NCBI GenBank assembly: GCA_949358305.1
Contig: OX442314.1
Span: forward strand, 23,994,001-24,058,000
DNA length: 64,000 nucleotides
Direction of reading: 5' to 3'
DNA from: Strigamia acuminata
Taxonomy: Eukaryota
Within the stretch, counting starts at the first letter, position 1; every line of letters starts with the position of its first letter. Below are positions 1 through 11,829 of this stretch, piece by piece. A program made the translations under genes and the position numbers. The notes beneath the pieces are model-generated. The model was given only the letters and a program-made list of their open reading frames with translations, did no database searches and had not been told where the DNA came from.

Positions 1-605
1 TCTATACAATAAAGCAATCCGATTGAAGTTGCATGTCAGTAGTTTGAGTTTACTAAGCTTAATTTGTGTTTCTGCAGATGAAACACCGCTGCAAAGTGAA
101 TTATATACAATAACCAACGAAGTACCATCATTATACTCGTAGATTCGCTCGTCCGTTAAATTCTGACAAGACAATTACGACGCCCTTAAAAACACTACAA
201 GTATAGAAAATTGCCGTAGTTGGCTTTAAGTGCAGTAGTTTATTGTAAAACTTTAGGTTAAGATGTCGACAACAAATTGTCCTCATTGAGGTGACGGTGC
301 CATCCGTCAAATTTAGTGTACAATGTTGAATGCTCATATTGTGGCATAAATTGAAATAAATACGACCCGACACAGTCTTTAAAACTTTCGACTTAGAAAA
401 AATGTATACTTAATCGTTTTGAAACGTAAGAAGGAGAACTATTTGAATTTAAGATGCGTTAAAAACCGTTTTTTTAAGCTTCTTTTGTGGGCTGGCAACA
501 TGCGCCGCATACGAATCGATAAAACTAACATTCTTTAAACGGATTATGTTCTCGCACTCTACAATTCATGTGAATGAATGAACACGTGCCATTTCTATAT
601 CTTAC

Positions 606-753
606 CGTCTCAGTTCCCCACACTCCATCTTCCACCCGTGACAATTCGTAAGTGAATCCCAAATCGGTGGCGAATTTCTGTAAAAGATCGATGCAGAAAC
701 CAGAACAGCACTGAAAATAAGATTCGTTCCGAGATGCCATCGACTTGTTAACC
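606..753 (-). CDS. Nmdar2: NMDA receptor GluN2 coding exon 9 (ligand-binding S1 region); gene continues off the left edge
   Basis: Translates as [49 protein letters not shown], the GluN2 CCxGFCIDLL motif; AG acceptor after a T-tract, GTAAG donor; phase fits the upstream exon. Confidence 0.95.
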
Positions 754-822
754 CTGAAAAAAAAAATTGTGTTTTGGAAAATCTTTGCGAAACTTGCGAA
801 ACTATTTCTATATTAAGCCTAC

Positions 823-1040
823 TTGGCCATGTCGGCTTCCGAAGCAACACGACACGGAACGCCCCGATTGACACATTGGCCATTCACAGGATCGGGAGGT
901 GACAGATGGATGAAAGGTGGTTCCTCTAAGAACATCACTTTCAAATGAAATTTCTCGGGAACACCTGGTGGAGGCACGTGCGAGTTTCCTGGCCAAACGA
1001 TGTCTTTGATGTCCAGTCCATCTTTTGCCCAAGTGCCAAT
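823..1040 (-). CDS. Nmdar2: NMDA receptor GluN2 coding exon 8
   Basis: [43 protein letters not shown]..., matching the arthropod Nmdar2 ATD/S1 junction; TTTAG and GTAGG boundaries. Confidence 0.95.
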
Positions 1041-2396
1041 CTAAAAACAAAAAAGGAAGAAAAGACATATTTATGGTTTTGTAAAACATCACTGCGCCTT
1101 ATGTTGGTGCACTCAAATCTTTGTTCTTCGAAAATAAAATTTCAATCCACGTGGAGGTCATTTTTCCACCTTGGGTTTGTCAGTTTTACTAGACGGGAAA
1201 TAAATTTGGACAATTTAAAGGAGACAAAAGGTCGCTCTTTATGACATGCGTGATGTATGGTTGCGACAAATGTTCACATAAAGCTGAAGTGATCTAATTC
1301 AAAGAGGTTTTAATTTACGGAATAATTATTTCAAAAAGTTTCACCAAAATATTTACTAAACCAAATGGAAATTTCTAATTTGATTCGCATCTGCATAACA
1401 AACATAACGAGGTCATCTCAATTACTGACATCTGACCTTGCCTTTTGACCAATGAACGTAGGAAAATCTTACAAATTGAATCAAAAAGTTGTCTTAGGTG
1501 TTTGTGTTTTGGTTTTATCATGTTAAAAAATACAAAAACACAATCACAAACATCTAAAACACTTAAAACACGACTTTTTGAATGCGGCTGCTGTTTTCTT
1601 TGTTTTTAGCAGTCATTAAGAAGCCATTAGAAGAAAAAGTTGCCATTGAATTGGAGCTGCGCAGTGAAGCAACCCCCATACAAAAACACATAAATTACGA
1701 AGTACTATTTATCATGTTTTCCATGCAGATATCAGCACACACCTACCATAAATAGATAAAACATTGTTCTAAAAATTTTTTTTATTTGTATAGCTGAAAG
1801 AATTACTGCTTTGAAGCCTGAGTAAAACATGTACAGTCGTGTTCAAAAAACTGAACCCACACATTGAGGTCACGATGTTCGTAGCGCCTCAACGGCTACT
1901 CCGATTCCCAATCTCTTTACACGGTTGGAAAGAGCAGAAAAAACTGGACCAAACGGTATATTTTACAGATTTTTGGAGTTGGTTATTAAACTTAAATAAC
2001 CTCTTTTCTTTTCAGTGAGGATTCAGTTTTGAACGTCAACAACTAGTGCTATTTTTAGCCTTTCATCCTTCACTCTCATTTCATCCTTCACTTTCTTTCT
2101 CGGTAAAGGTCACAACTGTCCTCTTTAAGTTTCATTTCCTTGCTGTACATTCGGATATGTGAAGTCACTTGTGTCGACAACAGATTCGCAATTTGATGAA
2201 TGTCGAAATTACTTTTTGATAGTTTTCGCATTTAAAACGGAAGTAATTTCGTGGGAGAATGAATGAAATCTGTCTGATCTCGATACAAATAGCGTGGCAG
2301 TAAAACTAAATTAACCACCAAAAAATGCAAAATATTCGGGTCTACACTTTATGAAAAGAAAAGAAATAGATCACAATTAAAAACAAACAAACGTAC

Positions 2397-2523
2397 CTTT
2401 TCCCAGCGGTGATGTAAGTTAAGATTCATCACTTCCAACTCGGCGTATTTAATGGTTCCATCAACGTTGAATTCTAAATTGGGCTTGCTGCCACCGACAC
2501 TAACGCTCACATTGCGTAGGAAG
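2397..2523 (-). CDS. Nmdar2: NMDA receptor GluN2 coding exon 7
   Basis: FLRNVSVSVGGSKPNLEFNVDGTIKYAELEVMNLNLHHRWEK; CAG and GTACG boundaries, phase consistent. Confidence 0.93.
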
Positions 2524-2636
2524 CTGCAGGCATAAATAAAAGCCATTAATCGAACCACAAGTACAAAACAGAAATGTTCATTAATAACAACAGTGTCAGT
2601 GACAGAGCAATTAATTTGCACATCATTTGCGTTTAC

Positions 2637-2823
2637 TTATAAAACACTTCGCCAGATAGCCATTGTGAAGCTCCCTTTCCGCTGCAAGACAGATTGGGTT
2701 GAACGCTCACATTTTTCGTCAAATGAGGATTATTCACGTAAAGTTCCAAACCGTGGCCAAAAACTTTAACACCTTTTTCGATTTGGTTCTGCAAACCGTC
2801 TTCTCCCGTATCAAAATGAACTC
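2637..2823 (-). CDS. Nmdar2: NMDA receptor GluN2 coding exon 6
   Basis: GVHFDTGEDGLQNQIEKGVKVFGHGLELYV...LSCSGKGASQWLSGEVFY; acceptor follows a long poly-T tract; GTAAA donor. Confidence 0.92.
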
Positions 2824-2824
2824 C

Positions 2825-2863
<39 letters not shown>

Positions 2864-3311
2864 AATTTTTGAAATTGTCTTTAGATATAAAATTTTATTA
2901 TTGTTTTTACTGTTAAAAAAAATTATTTTTTAAATTTTATAATTATAGGTTTAGGTGTAAAACAATGTTTGCAACAGAAATCAATAATCTGCAATGTTCC
3001 AAATGGTGAATTCTCAAATCGAGGGTAAACTAAATGCACGAGAACTCGCCCTCGTTTATCTTGACAGTTTCTTAGAAAAGTTGACTCAAGTTTGGCTTTC
3101 CTTCTCCCTCGGTGATCCATTTGGACGTCCCCAGCGAGACTTACACCAGCACTGCTTTATCGTTGCTTAGTCCGAAGAAACGTATCGACTTTCCACATTT
3201 TCTCATGTGAAGCGTTAGAAACATCAAACCGTCCGAAGTGTAGTTTTAATATTATAATATAAACATTGGGATGCAGAACAAGGAAAATTAAGCCCTGGTT
3301 ATCGATCTTAC

Positions 3312-3562
3312 CCAGCATCCCTGATGGGAAATTAGCTGGTGGCGTTTCAGGTGTGTTTCCTATAATTGATTGCGTCGCGATCCACACGTAATCTCGTTCC
3401 ATAAGGCCAAGGCCTCTAGCCGCACTCACAATGTCGATTGCTTCATCTCTTGTGGCGTACAGCAAAATAATTCGTGTGTCGGTGTTGCGCAGCTTAGACA
3501 ACTGTGTTTGCATCGTCTCCAAATTGTTCGTATCCAGAGAAATTGTACTTAATAAGACAAAC
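3312..3562 (-). CDS. Nmdar2: NMDA receptor GluN2 coding exon 5 (amino-terminal domain)
   Basis: FVLLSTISL...RIILLYATRDEAIDIVSAARGLGLMERDYVWIATQSIIG...FPSGMLG; CAG and GTAAG boundaries. Confidence 0.95.
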
Positions 3563-3763
3563 CTGTTGGGAAGATTGAAAACAATAAATTAAGTCAAGAA
3601 CTGACATCGATAGCTCTTCAGTGGTCAGTGAGTTCAGCCAAGAAAAACAAGAAGTTGATTAATGCGGTGCAACCACGCTTTCAGCCAAAGCCCCTCTTAT
3701 AACATCATTAGTTTTCTTCATTCAATAGCAGTCAGAATGATGCAATGCAGTCCCTAAATTAAC

Positions 3764-4599
3764 GGATTGCAATTAACGACCCCCCTGAAATAACGGGTTT
3801 CCCCCGGAAAAATATTTGTTTGGCCCCCCAAATAAAACTAAGAAGGAAAATCTACTCAGTCCCCAAAAAACATTTTTGGACCCCCTAAAAACTGAAAACA
3901 GAAATAACAAAAATCACTCAATTACCCCCCAAAATAAGCATAATACGTGGCAGTTATTGCACTACAAGTGCCTTTTTAGCCTTAGACGGCCTGCCACGTT
4001 TCCTTTTTTCTCCTAGAGGAACATTTTTCGCTTCAAGCAAAACAGAGTATAGCTTCTCACCACTTGTCGATGTCATTTTCACGCAATGTCTTTTTCATAG
4101 CAGGAACAACGAAATACCGCTTAGTGTCTTCTTCTATCCTGATTTTAATTACTGGCATCGACCGCTTCCAGTTATAAGCCTCCGTGATCTGTTTTAGAGT
4201 AAGCGTAGGGTGCAGGCAAACAGTTTGGCGTTTACACAATCGGGTTTTCGCTCACTGGACCAATTGAGGACCATTTCTTTTAAAATAGGGATAAAACGGT
4301 GCATGGGCTGTCGATTACGGAATGTGTGGTGCGACTTGATGACATTGTTTGTAGCCTCTGATCCGTTATTAGTGCAGGGAGATCCTACGCAATGGCCCAC
4401 GTGCCAACCACAGAACCGGTACGTACGTGCGGCGTATCGAGGCTTAAATACCTTGTTTTGGGAGTTTAGGAAAATGGGGAGGGAATCTAGTTTAAAAGGG
4501 GGTGAAGTGGATATTTTTGGAGGGTCCCAAAAGTGGAGGGTATTTCATTTTATTTTGCGGAGGAAATCAGAGTTTTTGGGAGGCGTTTTATTATTGGCC
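3764..4599 (-). mobile_element. Internally deleted Mutator-like (MULE) DNA transposon
   Basis: 9-bp direct repeat TAAATTAAC at 3755-3763 and 4600-4608; GG...CC termini; degenerate C/A-rich versus G/T-rich ends; transposase C-terminal remnants (PCTNNGSEATNNVIKSHHTFRNRQPM, EAKNVPLGEKRKRGRPSKAKKAL). Confidence 0.75.
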
Positions 4600-5449
4600 T
4601 AAATTAACTAGTAAACTCGATGATCCTATTGCAATATATTTTTGAACCATGTGTGAATTCCCGACCATCCAATCCCAAATTTTTATGCACGTTTCATTAA
4701 ACTTTTAGCCAATACGTTAAGCATAAGCATAACATTATGGTTGAATAGATATGCATAGTTGTGTGATCAATGCATAAGAAAACATTGAAAATGCAGTTAA
4801 ATATTTACAAATGAACACCACTTTAACGATTTATAATCTTCCCATTCATTTTGGTTTTACAGGAATCACATGGTGAACTTTGTGTGACCCAAGAATGCTG
4901 AGATACAGTCGTGTGATGTCCAGGGGTCGGATGTGGTCACTGAAGGCATGTGGCAAGCGGATGATGGGAAAGAGGTCAGCGGGGACATACAAGTAGAAGA
5001 AAGAGAGATGGAGAGAGAAAGTCAGAGAAAAATAGATGGTCGATTGTAAAACTTGTGGTTGTGCGAAGACGCGAGTGAAGAGAGGCATGCACAATTGGTA
5101 TCCCAATCGGCACGCCGTAAACAGCGCTTTGCGACCAGCCAGATGATATTATTAGCCAGACGAAGTACCACATCTATTTGTCCAAGGGGATAGCGTGGAA
5201 TTGGACGGTCCAAAGACCAAACGAACCGAGTTAGAAACGTGATCACTCCTCCTGGACATAATAAAAAACAGACGTCAGGTAAAATCGCGTTATTATTCCT
5301 TCGTCATTGCATCTGGCAGCCAAAACTAAGTGAAACGACCGACTTTGCACAACATGTGACATGCTATATTGATAGAACTGAAACTTGTGTATTGATTTTT
5401 CCTCGCTATGATTTCCTTTCAGACCATAATATCAACAAGAATTTCATAC

Positions 5450-5548
5450 CGGAAATCCGGAGTTTGTAAGTTATCGCGCACAGCTTCAATAAAATTCGTA
5501 TGTCCGGCAATTTGGCTGGTAACGATGGAGAACTGATGCCAAGAATAT
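5450..5548 (-). CDS. Nmdar2: NMDA receptor GluN2 coding exon 4
   Basis: YSWHQFSIVTSQIAGHTNFIEAVRDNLQTPDF; TTCCAG and GTATG boundaries. Confidence 0.95.
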
Positions 5549-5657
5549 CTGGAAGAAGAAAACAAAAAAAACAATAGCCATAATTCGTCTTTCAAATTTT
5601 ACATCCAACTATAGAAAATCAAATAAGCATTTTACGGTTTTGTGCACCTGCCTTCAC

Positions 5658-5737
5658 CTTTTCAATATACTGAGCATTGCTTTGGACTGATGGTCTATGG
5701 ATGGAGCAAGTTGCAGCGTGAGTGATTTATAGGTTTT
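5658..5737 (-). CDS. Nmdar2: NMDA receptor GluN2 coding exon 3
   Basis: KTYKSLTLQLAPSIDHQSKAMLSILK; TTCTTAG and GTGAAG boundaries; joins the exon ending at 42522 in phase 0. Confidence 0.93.
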
Positions 5738-6521
5738 CTAAGAAAGATATATTAAAAGAAAATAGTGCATTACTACATGACTTTTTCTCGCAATGGTTTT
5801 GATTTGTAAAATAAAAAAATTTAAAGCCAAAACACGTTCCTTTTGGCTTTACAACATTTGTATCACGGTAATATCCTTGCTGGGAAATTAATTCCAAGCC
5901 AAAAGGTGAATTTCATTAAAGGGCAAGCACTTACGACTTAATCCCAAGTGTGCTTAAACTTTACCCACGTTACAATCAAAATCGATAAAGGAAAACACTT
6001 TTATCAATTTTACCTGAAAGGATGTGATGAATTAAACCACAATCGTGGCGCCTGATCTCGGCAACCAAAACAAACACTAGAATTAATAGCACGAGTGAAA
6101 TTGACATCAATTAAATTGCTGGTGAAACAAATGGAATTAAAATATTTGCTTTCCTGCAGCATCGATTTTCAAAAAACACTAAATATAGACTATTGGGAGG
6201 TTTAAAGTTTAAACCTGATTTTCATTTCGAATCTCAGTTTTCATATCGCTCACTGGTTTTTATCTTGTTTTGTATAATAAAAAAAACTTGCACTTTTAAT
6301 GCAGGCTCGGTTTGAAGAGTGTATTGATGCTAAAGTAAGTGTACATGTGGGTGGGTGTAAGTCAAGTAAAAATGAATTATGTACTAAAGTAGTGGCGCCA
6401 CTTTGGCGTTAATGCTTCTAAAAAGGAGTTTGGTATTCTGGAATTTCAAATTTTAAGTAAAAATAAAAAATATAAAAAATATATATATATATATGTACGG
6501 TATATAAAAGAAAAAAGTTCT

Positions 6522-7193
6522 TGTTACGAATCAACTTAGATGTTTAATTGATTTGATCTGAATTTACGCGCAAAGTGATGTTAGCGCAAATCAGCGGGCA
6601 AAGTTCGTAGATTTACTCTGTTTGTGCCATCGTCATATGCGGATATCGGACGGTGAATAAACCTAACTCGCTGTAACACACATTATTTATATTCGACGGG
6701 CTCAATCTCACGTTGTGGGTCTTTACGTTTAAAAAGAATGAGTATGCGCAGTGATATTCGTATGCGGGTGGGCGTAGGATGTCACAGGCATGCGAAGGGA
6801 TAAAAGGTGGGCAAAAAGAGGCGCTATTAAGTGTTAAATTAGAAGGGGCGCGTGTTAAAGCGCAAAATAAAGATTGACAAACTCAATTCAATCTAAGAGG
6901 TGTTAACTCGTTGAAAGAGATATGAGAAGTGTGTATTATAGATAAAAGTAGCGACCAGGTAAACATGAGTCATGTGACCAGGTCGATTGGAGTGGGTGAG
7001 GGGGTGGAAGGTATAAAATAAGGTTAATTGTTGGAAATAATAAGATGCGCGCAATGAAGCTGCGCATATATTTAGAGATGATTCATCGATGTTAGATGAA
7101 AAGAAAGATTGGGAAAAAATAAGAAAACTTAAGATTGGGTTAGTCTAAGTTAGAAATGAATAAAAAAGAAGGGTGGGTAACCTGCCCGTGACA
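6522..7193 (-). repeat. 3' LTR of the Gypsy element
   Basis: Direct repeat of 20345-21016 with no mismatch seen by eye; TGTTAC...GTGACA termini. Confidence 0.97.
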
Positions 7194-7206
7194 TCCCTCC
7201 CCCCTT
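7194..7206 (-). other. Polypurine tract (PPT)
   Basis: AAGGGGGGAGGGA on the minus strand directly before the 3' LTR. Confidence 0.9.
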
Positions 7207-9054
7207 AGGCTTTTATTATTCGAGATTTATCGAAGGGAATAAAAGGATAAGAGACAAGGAAAGTCATACAATAATAATGCGCTATGCGCAAAAATTATAC
7301 AAATTTTCAAAAAATAAACAAAAAATAAGTTAAATAAATTAAACAAAAATAGTGCGCGTCTGCGCAAAGACTTAACAACTCTGTCTAAAATAATGCACGT
7401 GGTGCAAAAACTTAACAACCTTGTCAAAATAATAAACTAAAGTTAAACAATACTAGATTAAATATGAAAGATTAATTAAATTATTAAAGGCAAAAAATTA
7501 ATAAATCATCATGGCTTTTGAAAAATAAATTTGAATCAATTTTCTTTTGTAAAGTCACAATGGTAAAATTTAAATCATTCTACTCGAAATCACAAAACGA
7601 AACAGGGACGACACAAGGAGGGCGAACACTAAACCTAAAGGGGCCGACGATACCTAGGACGGACGGGAGTCTATACACTTTACCCAAACAATTTATGAAA
7701 TAAAAATTTTAAACACTTTTACTTTTTTGTATAAACAAACTTCTGCTTCTTGGATAAAAATCATCGAATAAACAATTTTAAATTAAACAAAAATAAAGAG
7801 CCGACACATGAGAATTATCAGGAATCGTGATGGGATTTATTAATATCAAATTGGGTATTTATGTTATGGTAGGATGCGCGTAATTGCGCAAAACAAACAC
7901 AAAATAAAGGTAAGGTACATAATTATGCAATCTGCATAAGGTAAGTATGATTTCAGATTAATAGGAACTTTTTAAATGGATGCGCGAAACTTTGCGCAAG
8001 GATAATTAGGTTATTAATTCTATGAATGAAATGGAAAACAAAAATATAATATTAGAAACATAACAAATACCTGCGCGCACAATACAACTCGTATTGCCAC
8101 GGAATTAACCACGTTGATTTAAAATATCACAGAATTAAAGTAATCATGAAAAATTAGTTAAATATCACAATAAACTTGATTAAATACTTATGAAAAAACA
8201 TTTACATAAATTTAAACATTGAATACTAACTTGAATCATTCCAGAATAATTGCGCTAAAAATAAAATTTAACTGAAATGAAATTAAATTCCTAAACTTCG
8301 GAAGAAATTATCATAATTAAATAAAGATAATTCTGGAATGATTATGGCACAAAAAGATATCAAAATAATTAAAATAAAATAGATATATCAATAATATAAC
8401 TAGAAAAATTATCAAAAATCATAATTGCGCTTAAACAAAATATAATGGTAGCACTAAAAATCCAATTGTCCGATTCTAAAGCACTAAAAACGTAAAAATA
8501 ATTAAACAAAAATATAAATTATCAGTGAGGATTATCACAGTAGAAAACTTGCGCAAAAATAATAACACTTATGATGAAACACTAATAATAATTATTTGTT
8601 CTTCAAATCGACACATTACCGCTGCCCAAGCTCCTTCCATTAAGTCCTCCAACTCGAGAGATGTTTTACGGAGCGCCTCATCAATGGAATCGCATGGCGG
8701 AACGGAGAAAGAGTGAAGATTTAAAGATGATGAAGTTTTGTGGATACCATGTAGATATTGGAATGCAGGCCGGCCCAAACTCAACGCACAAATGCGGAGA
8801 TATTTTACTAGGGCATTTACCAGAGATCCACGATCTGGCGGTGCATTTTTGGACACAATTCGGGTTAAATGATGATGAAAACACAAAATAATGATGAATA
8901 GTAGGTTGAAGTGCGCACAAAGTCTTCGCAAATCACCAGGATCCTCGTATCAAGTCCTTCAACTCAACGCCGAAGCGGAGGAATTTTACGAAGCGCCCAT
9001 TGATGTGATCTCCCGACTTCAATTTGCAAAAAACCTGCGCACACAAAGTCACGT

Positions 9055-11829
9055 TTAGGATTGTTGTTCGAAATCCTTTTCCAAGATTTCGCGATGACGA
9101 GGAATTCGGAAATACTTAATCATATTAAGCGCAATTTCCACCACTATGCGCTGCGCATCGTGAAAGTTAACTGCACCTCGTCGGTTAATCTCGTTCCGAC
9201 AATGGTCGAGAAATAACTCTCCATATCGTCGATACAATAAATTTAATAACGGATTTGCCTCGGCCAAAGACATGCGCAAATCAGCAACGGCGAGGGAACG
9301 GAAAAGTTGTCGTTGCGCTTGTGTTGACATTCCAAATTGAAGGCACTCACCTCGACCGTTAGCGAAGTTGCAGATAATGGCCGCTGGAGACATCAAGCTA
9401 GGCAAAAGTTCCAAAGTAATTGTGGGTGGGGCATCGTCCCAACCCGAGAAACCCGGACCTGGTGGAATGGATGGCGCAAATTCGTGATGGTGAGCTGAAG
9501 TTTGAAGCATCTCTCGCAATTCGTTTAAACGAGTTTCCTCAGCGCATCGCTTTTCTTCCGCTTCCTTAGCTTCCTGGATCGCTTTCTTTTCCTCCTCAAC
9601 ACGATGGATCTCGGCAACGCGTGCTTTTTCCGCCGCATGTTTCTGCTCGTACTCCCGTTGACGTTGCTCAGTGGTCATTCGCTCGTAGTCACGACGGCGC
9701 CAAATGTGATAGATCATGCGCGAGATCTCCTCATGCATGATCCAAATTAACTGCTCCAGAACGCCATCATGATCGTAGATATCGCACTCCGACATCCGCC
9801 TCAATACTTGAGCAGCCATATCGCGAATACGAGTCTTCATCTGACCATGAATGTTGCGGAAATCCACACGAAGTATCTCAAAATCTTTGTCCATCATATG
9901 TTCTAAAAGCGCAATCCACCCTTTACGTTCCATATGAAATCGGGTCTTAGACACTTCTGGCCCCTTTACACAAATCTCGACCTCGAACTCATCTAATAAA
10001 TCGGGAATTAGTTCCAGAGAATTTACTGGTTTCGTTGTTACGCCGTATCGGTCAACTGCCAGATCGCAATGAGAGGCAATATCTCCAAGAGCCTGTGCCC
10101 CAGCAGAGGCAACAGTCGCGCTGGCTTCGGTAGGAGCCACTCGAAGGGGCGGCGTCGAAGTCTGGCTAGAGGAGACCGAAATCGTACTTGGTGTGGAAGC
10201 GGCCTTTGTAGTCGTGGAAACATTGCGCGATGGTAACTGCGCATAGGTGATGGGTCCAGGCGTCGACACTGGAATGTTCGAAATCTTCGTCGTTGAACAC
10301 GAGGGGGCCTCTGTTGCCCTAGCCGTCGTTACCGTGGTGGAAGTAGCACTCGCAGTTGTCACGAGAATATTTTTCTTTGCTAAAAGCTTCGGTCGGGCAC
10401 CTGTGTTAGAATTGAGATTATTATTATTAGAAGTTGGTTTTAAAGATGTCGCGGATAAATTCGCGTTCTGTGGCGATTGCGCAAATCGTTCCCGCATCGC
10501 TGGAGGAAGTCGTGCACTGAGTGGTGGTCCGCGGGGTTGCTGCGTGGACGGAACATTGGACAACCGTGGATCGGCCATTTTCCGCTCCAACTTTCGGACA
10601 TCTTGGACCTGCGCAGCCGGTGTTTCTGCAAAAATCTCATGGGCCACTCCACAGATGGACGGGGTTACACTGAAACTCGATTCGTTGTCCCGAACTGGTG
10701 GAGTGCTGGTACGACACTGGGCGATTTCTTCGTTATGTATACGAGTTAATTCCGCCATTTCTTGTTCAGTCACATTTCCCAACGTAGAACGGCCAGAATA
10801 ATAGCGCAAATCACAGGGCGGATCTGAGTTCTCGTTTTTTGTAACTGGAATTGAAACAATATGGGTAGACACACTTGTGAACATGGAATCATCGTCGTCC
10901 TCATCATCCCCGTTATTGTCAATGGATAAACTGGCCAGTTGCACTGTTGCTTGTGCAAGGGTTTCCTCGGATGGCTGTGGACGATATCTAGTCGTATTGG
11001 TGTCCCGAGTTTCGTCACGGCGCAAAGGCATTTTTGTGTCCTCAATCTTACCCAGCACTTTCTGCGTAAGTTTCTCCGTACGATCCTCTCGTCTGTTGAT
11101 TGAACATGGAGGACGATTTCCTGTAAAATAGGGTAATACTGACTGGTCATTAGTGTCTATGGTATCCATTGCGCCCTGAGTCTCTGCAACCAGTTCCACT
11201 TGCTCACTCATCATCGAGGCATCCCCTGGAAATGGGTGAAAATAGCGAATTGTTGCGGATTGCATCTGATCAACAAGATGTTGTTCTTTCAACATGGGAG
11301 CCAGTCCTTCCACCTCATCTTGAAGTAAATTTGGCACTTGAATATACAAAAGTTGCACCACCTCCGCCATCGGATAGATCCATTGTCGCGGTGTAATACG
11401 ATTTGTGTGCGCAACTCGTTGCGCCCGGTGCCAATACCAGAAGTGGATCGTCCGGAACCTCTGTATTGACACCGGACTACCGTTCAGTGGGCGGAATGGT
11501 GGATATGTCACACTTACGATAATCACATGGTCTTGTTCATATCTTCGCAACACCCAACCGTAGATTTGGCGCATCCAAACGATGTGTAAATTGCGCCGTA
11601 AGTCCCCTCGACCATCACACGCCCGGCACTTGCATTCGGGCCTCGGCGGGTCAATCTCTTTACCGTAACCAGAGCATACCGGACATATCTCGTAGTTAGG
11701 GAATCCAGCATCGAGTGGATCGTCGGGATGGTTGTGTGGAAACTTCGGTGGACCCGCCGCATGTAAAGGCGGTGTTCGATAGTTTTTAGGGTATTTCCTT
11801 CCCGGGAAGTCTTCATTACAACACGCCAT
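9055..11829 (-). CDS. Gypsy element ORF3: 924-aa accessory protein of unknown function (N-terminal CxxCxGxG zinc finger pair, S/T/P-rich linker, coiled coil); not env-like
   Basis: Uninterrupted 2.8-kb ORF inside the LTR boundaries, good start context CCAAC-ATG-G, motifs CPVCSGYG and CRACDGRG; no signal peptide or TM segment apparent. Confidence 0.85.
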   Translation of the reverse strand: MACCNEDFPGRKYPKNYRTPPLHAAGPPKFPHNHPDDPLDAGFPNYEICPVCSGYGKEIDPPRPECKCRACDGRGDLRRNLHIVWMRQIYGWVLRRYEQDHVIIVSVTYPPFRPLNGSPVSIQRFRTIHFWYWHRAQRVAHTNRITPRQWIYPMAEVVQLLYIQVPNLLQDEVEGLAPMLKEQHLVDQMQSATIRYFHPFPGDASMMSEQVELVAETQGAMDTIDTNDQSVLPYFTGNRPPCSINRREDRTEKLTQKVLGKIEDTKMPLRRDETRDTNTTRYRPQPSEETLAQATVQLASLSIDNNGDDEDDDDSMFTSVSTHIVSIPVTKNENSDPPCDLRYYSGRSTLGNVTEQEMAELTRIHNEEIAQCRTSTPPVRDNESSFSVTPSICGVAHEIFAETPAAQVQDVRKLERKMADPRLSNVPSTQQPRGPPLSARLPPAMRERFAQSPQNANLSATSLKPTSNNNNLNSNTGARPKLLAKKNILVTTASATSTTVTTARATEAPSCSTTKISNIPVSTPGPITYAQLPSRNVSTTTKAASTPSTISVSSSQTSTPPLRVAPTEASATVASAGAQALGDIASHCDLAVDRYGVTTKPVNSLELIPDLLDEFEVEICVKGPEVSKTRFHMERKGWIALLEHMMDKDFEILRVDFRNIHGQMKTRIRDMAAQVLRRMSECDIYDHDGVLEQLIWIMHEEISRMIYHIWRRRDYERMTTEQRQREYEQKHAAEKARVAEIHRVEEEKKAIQEAKEAEEKRCAEETRLNELREMLQTSAHHHEFAPSIPPGPGFSGWDDAPPTITLELLPSLMSPAAIICNFANGRGECLQFGMSTQAQRQLFRSLAVADLRMSLAEANPLLNLLYRRYGELFLDHCRNEINRRGAVNFHDAQRIVVEIALNMIKYFRIPRHREILEKDFEQQS

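Noticed and set aside
1834..2040. Tc1-like MITE
   Set aside because: The left end resembles a TIR (TA-CAGTCGTGTTCAAAA) but the right end is truncated with no TA-flanked terminus
4846..5246. Overlapping short minus-strand ORFs, possible LINE tail
   Set aside because: No recognisable RT or endonuclease motif, TSD or tail repeat, so no call could be supported
9055..11829. ORF3 as an envelope gene (errantivirus env)
   Set aside because: No N-terminal hydrophobic signal, no C-terminal TM anchor and no furin-site plus fusion-peptide pattern visible
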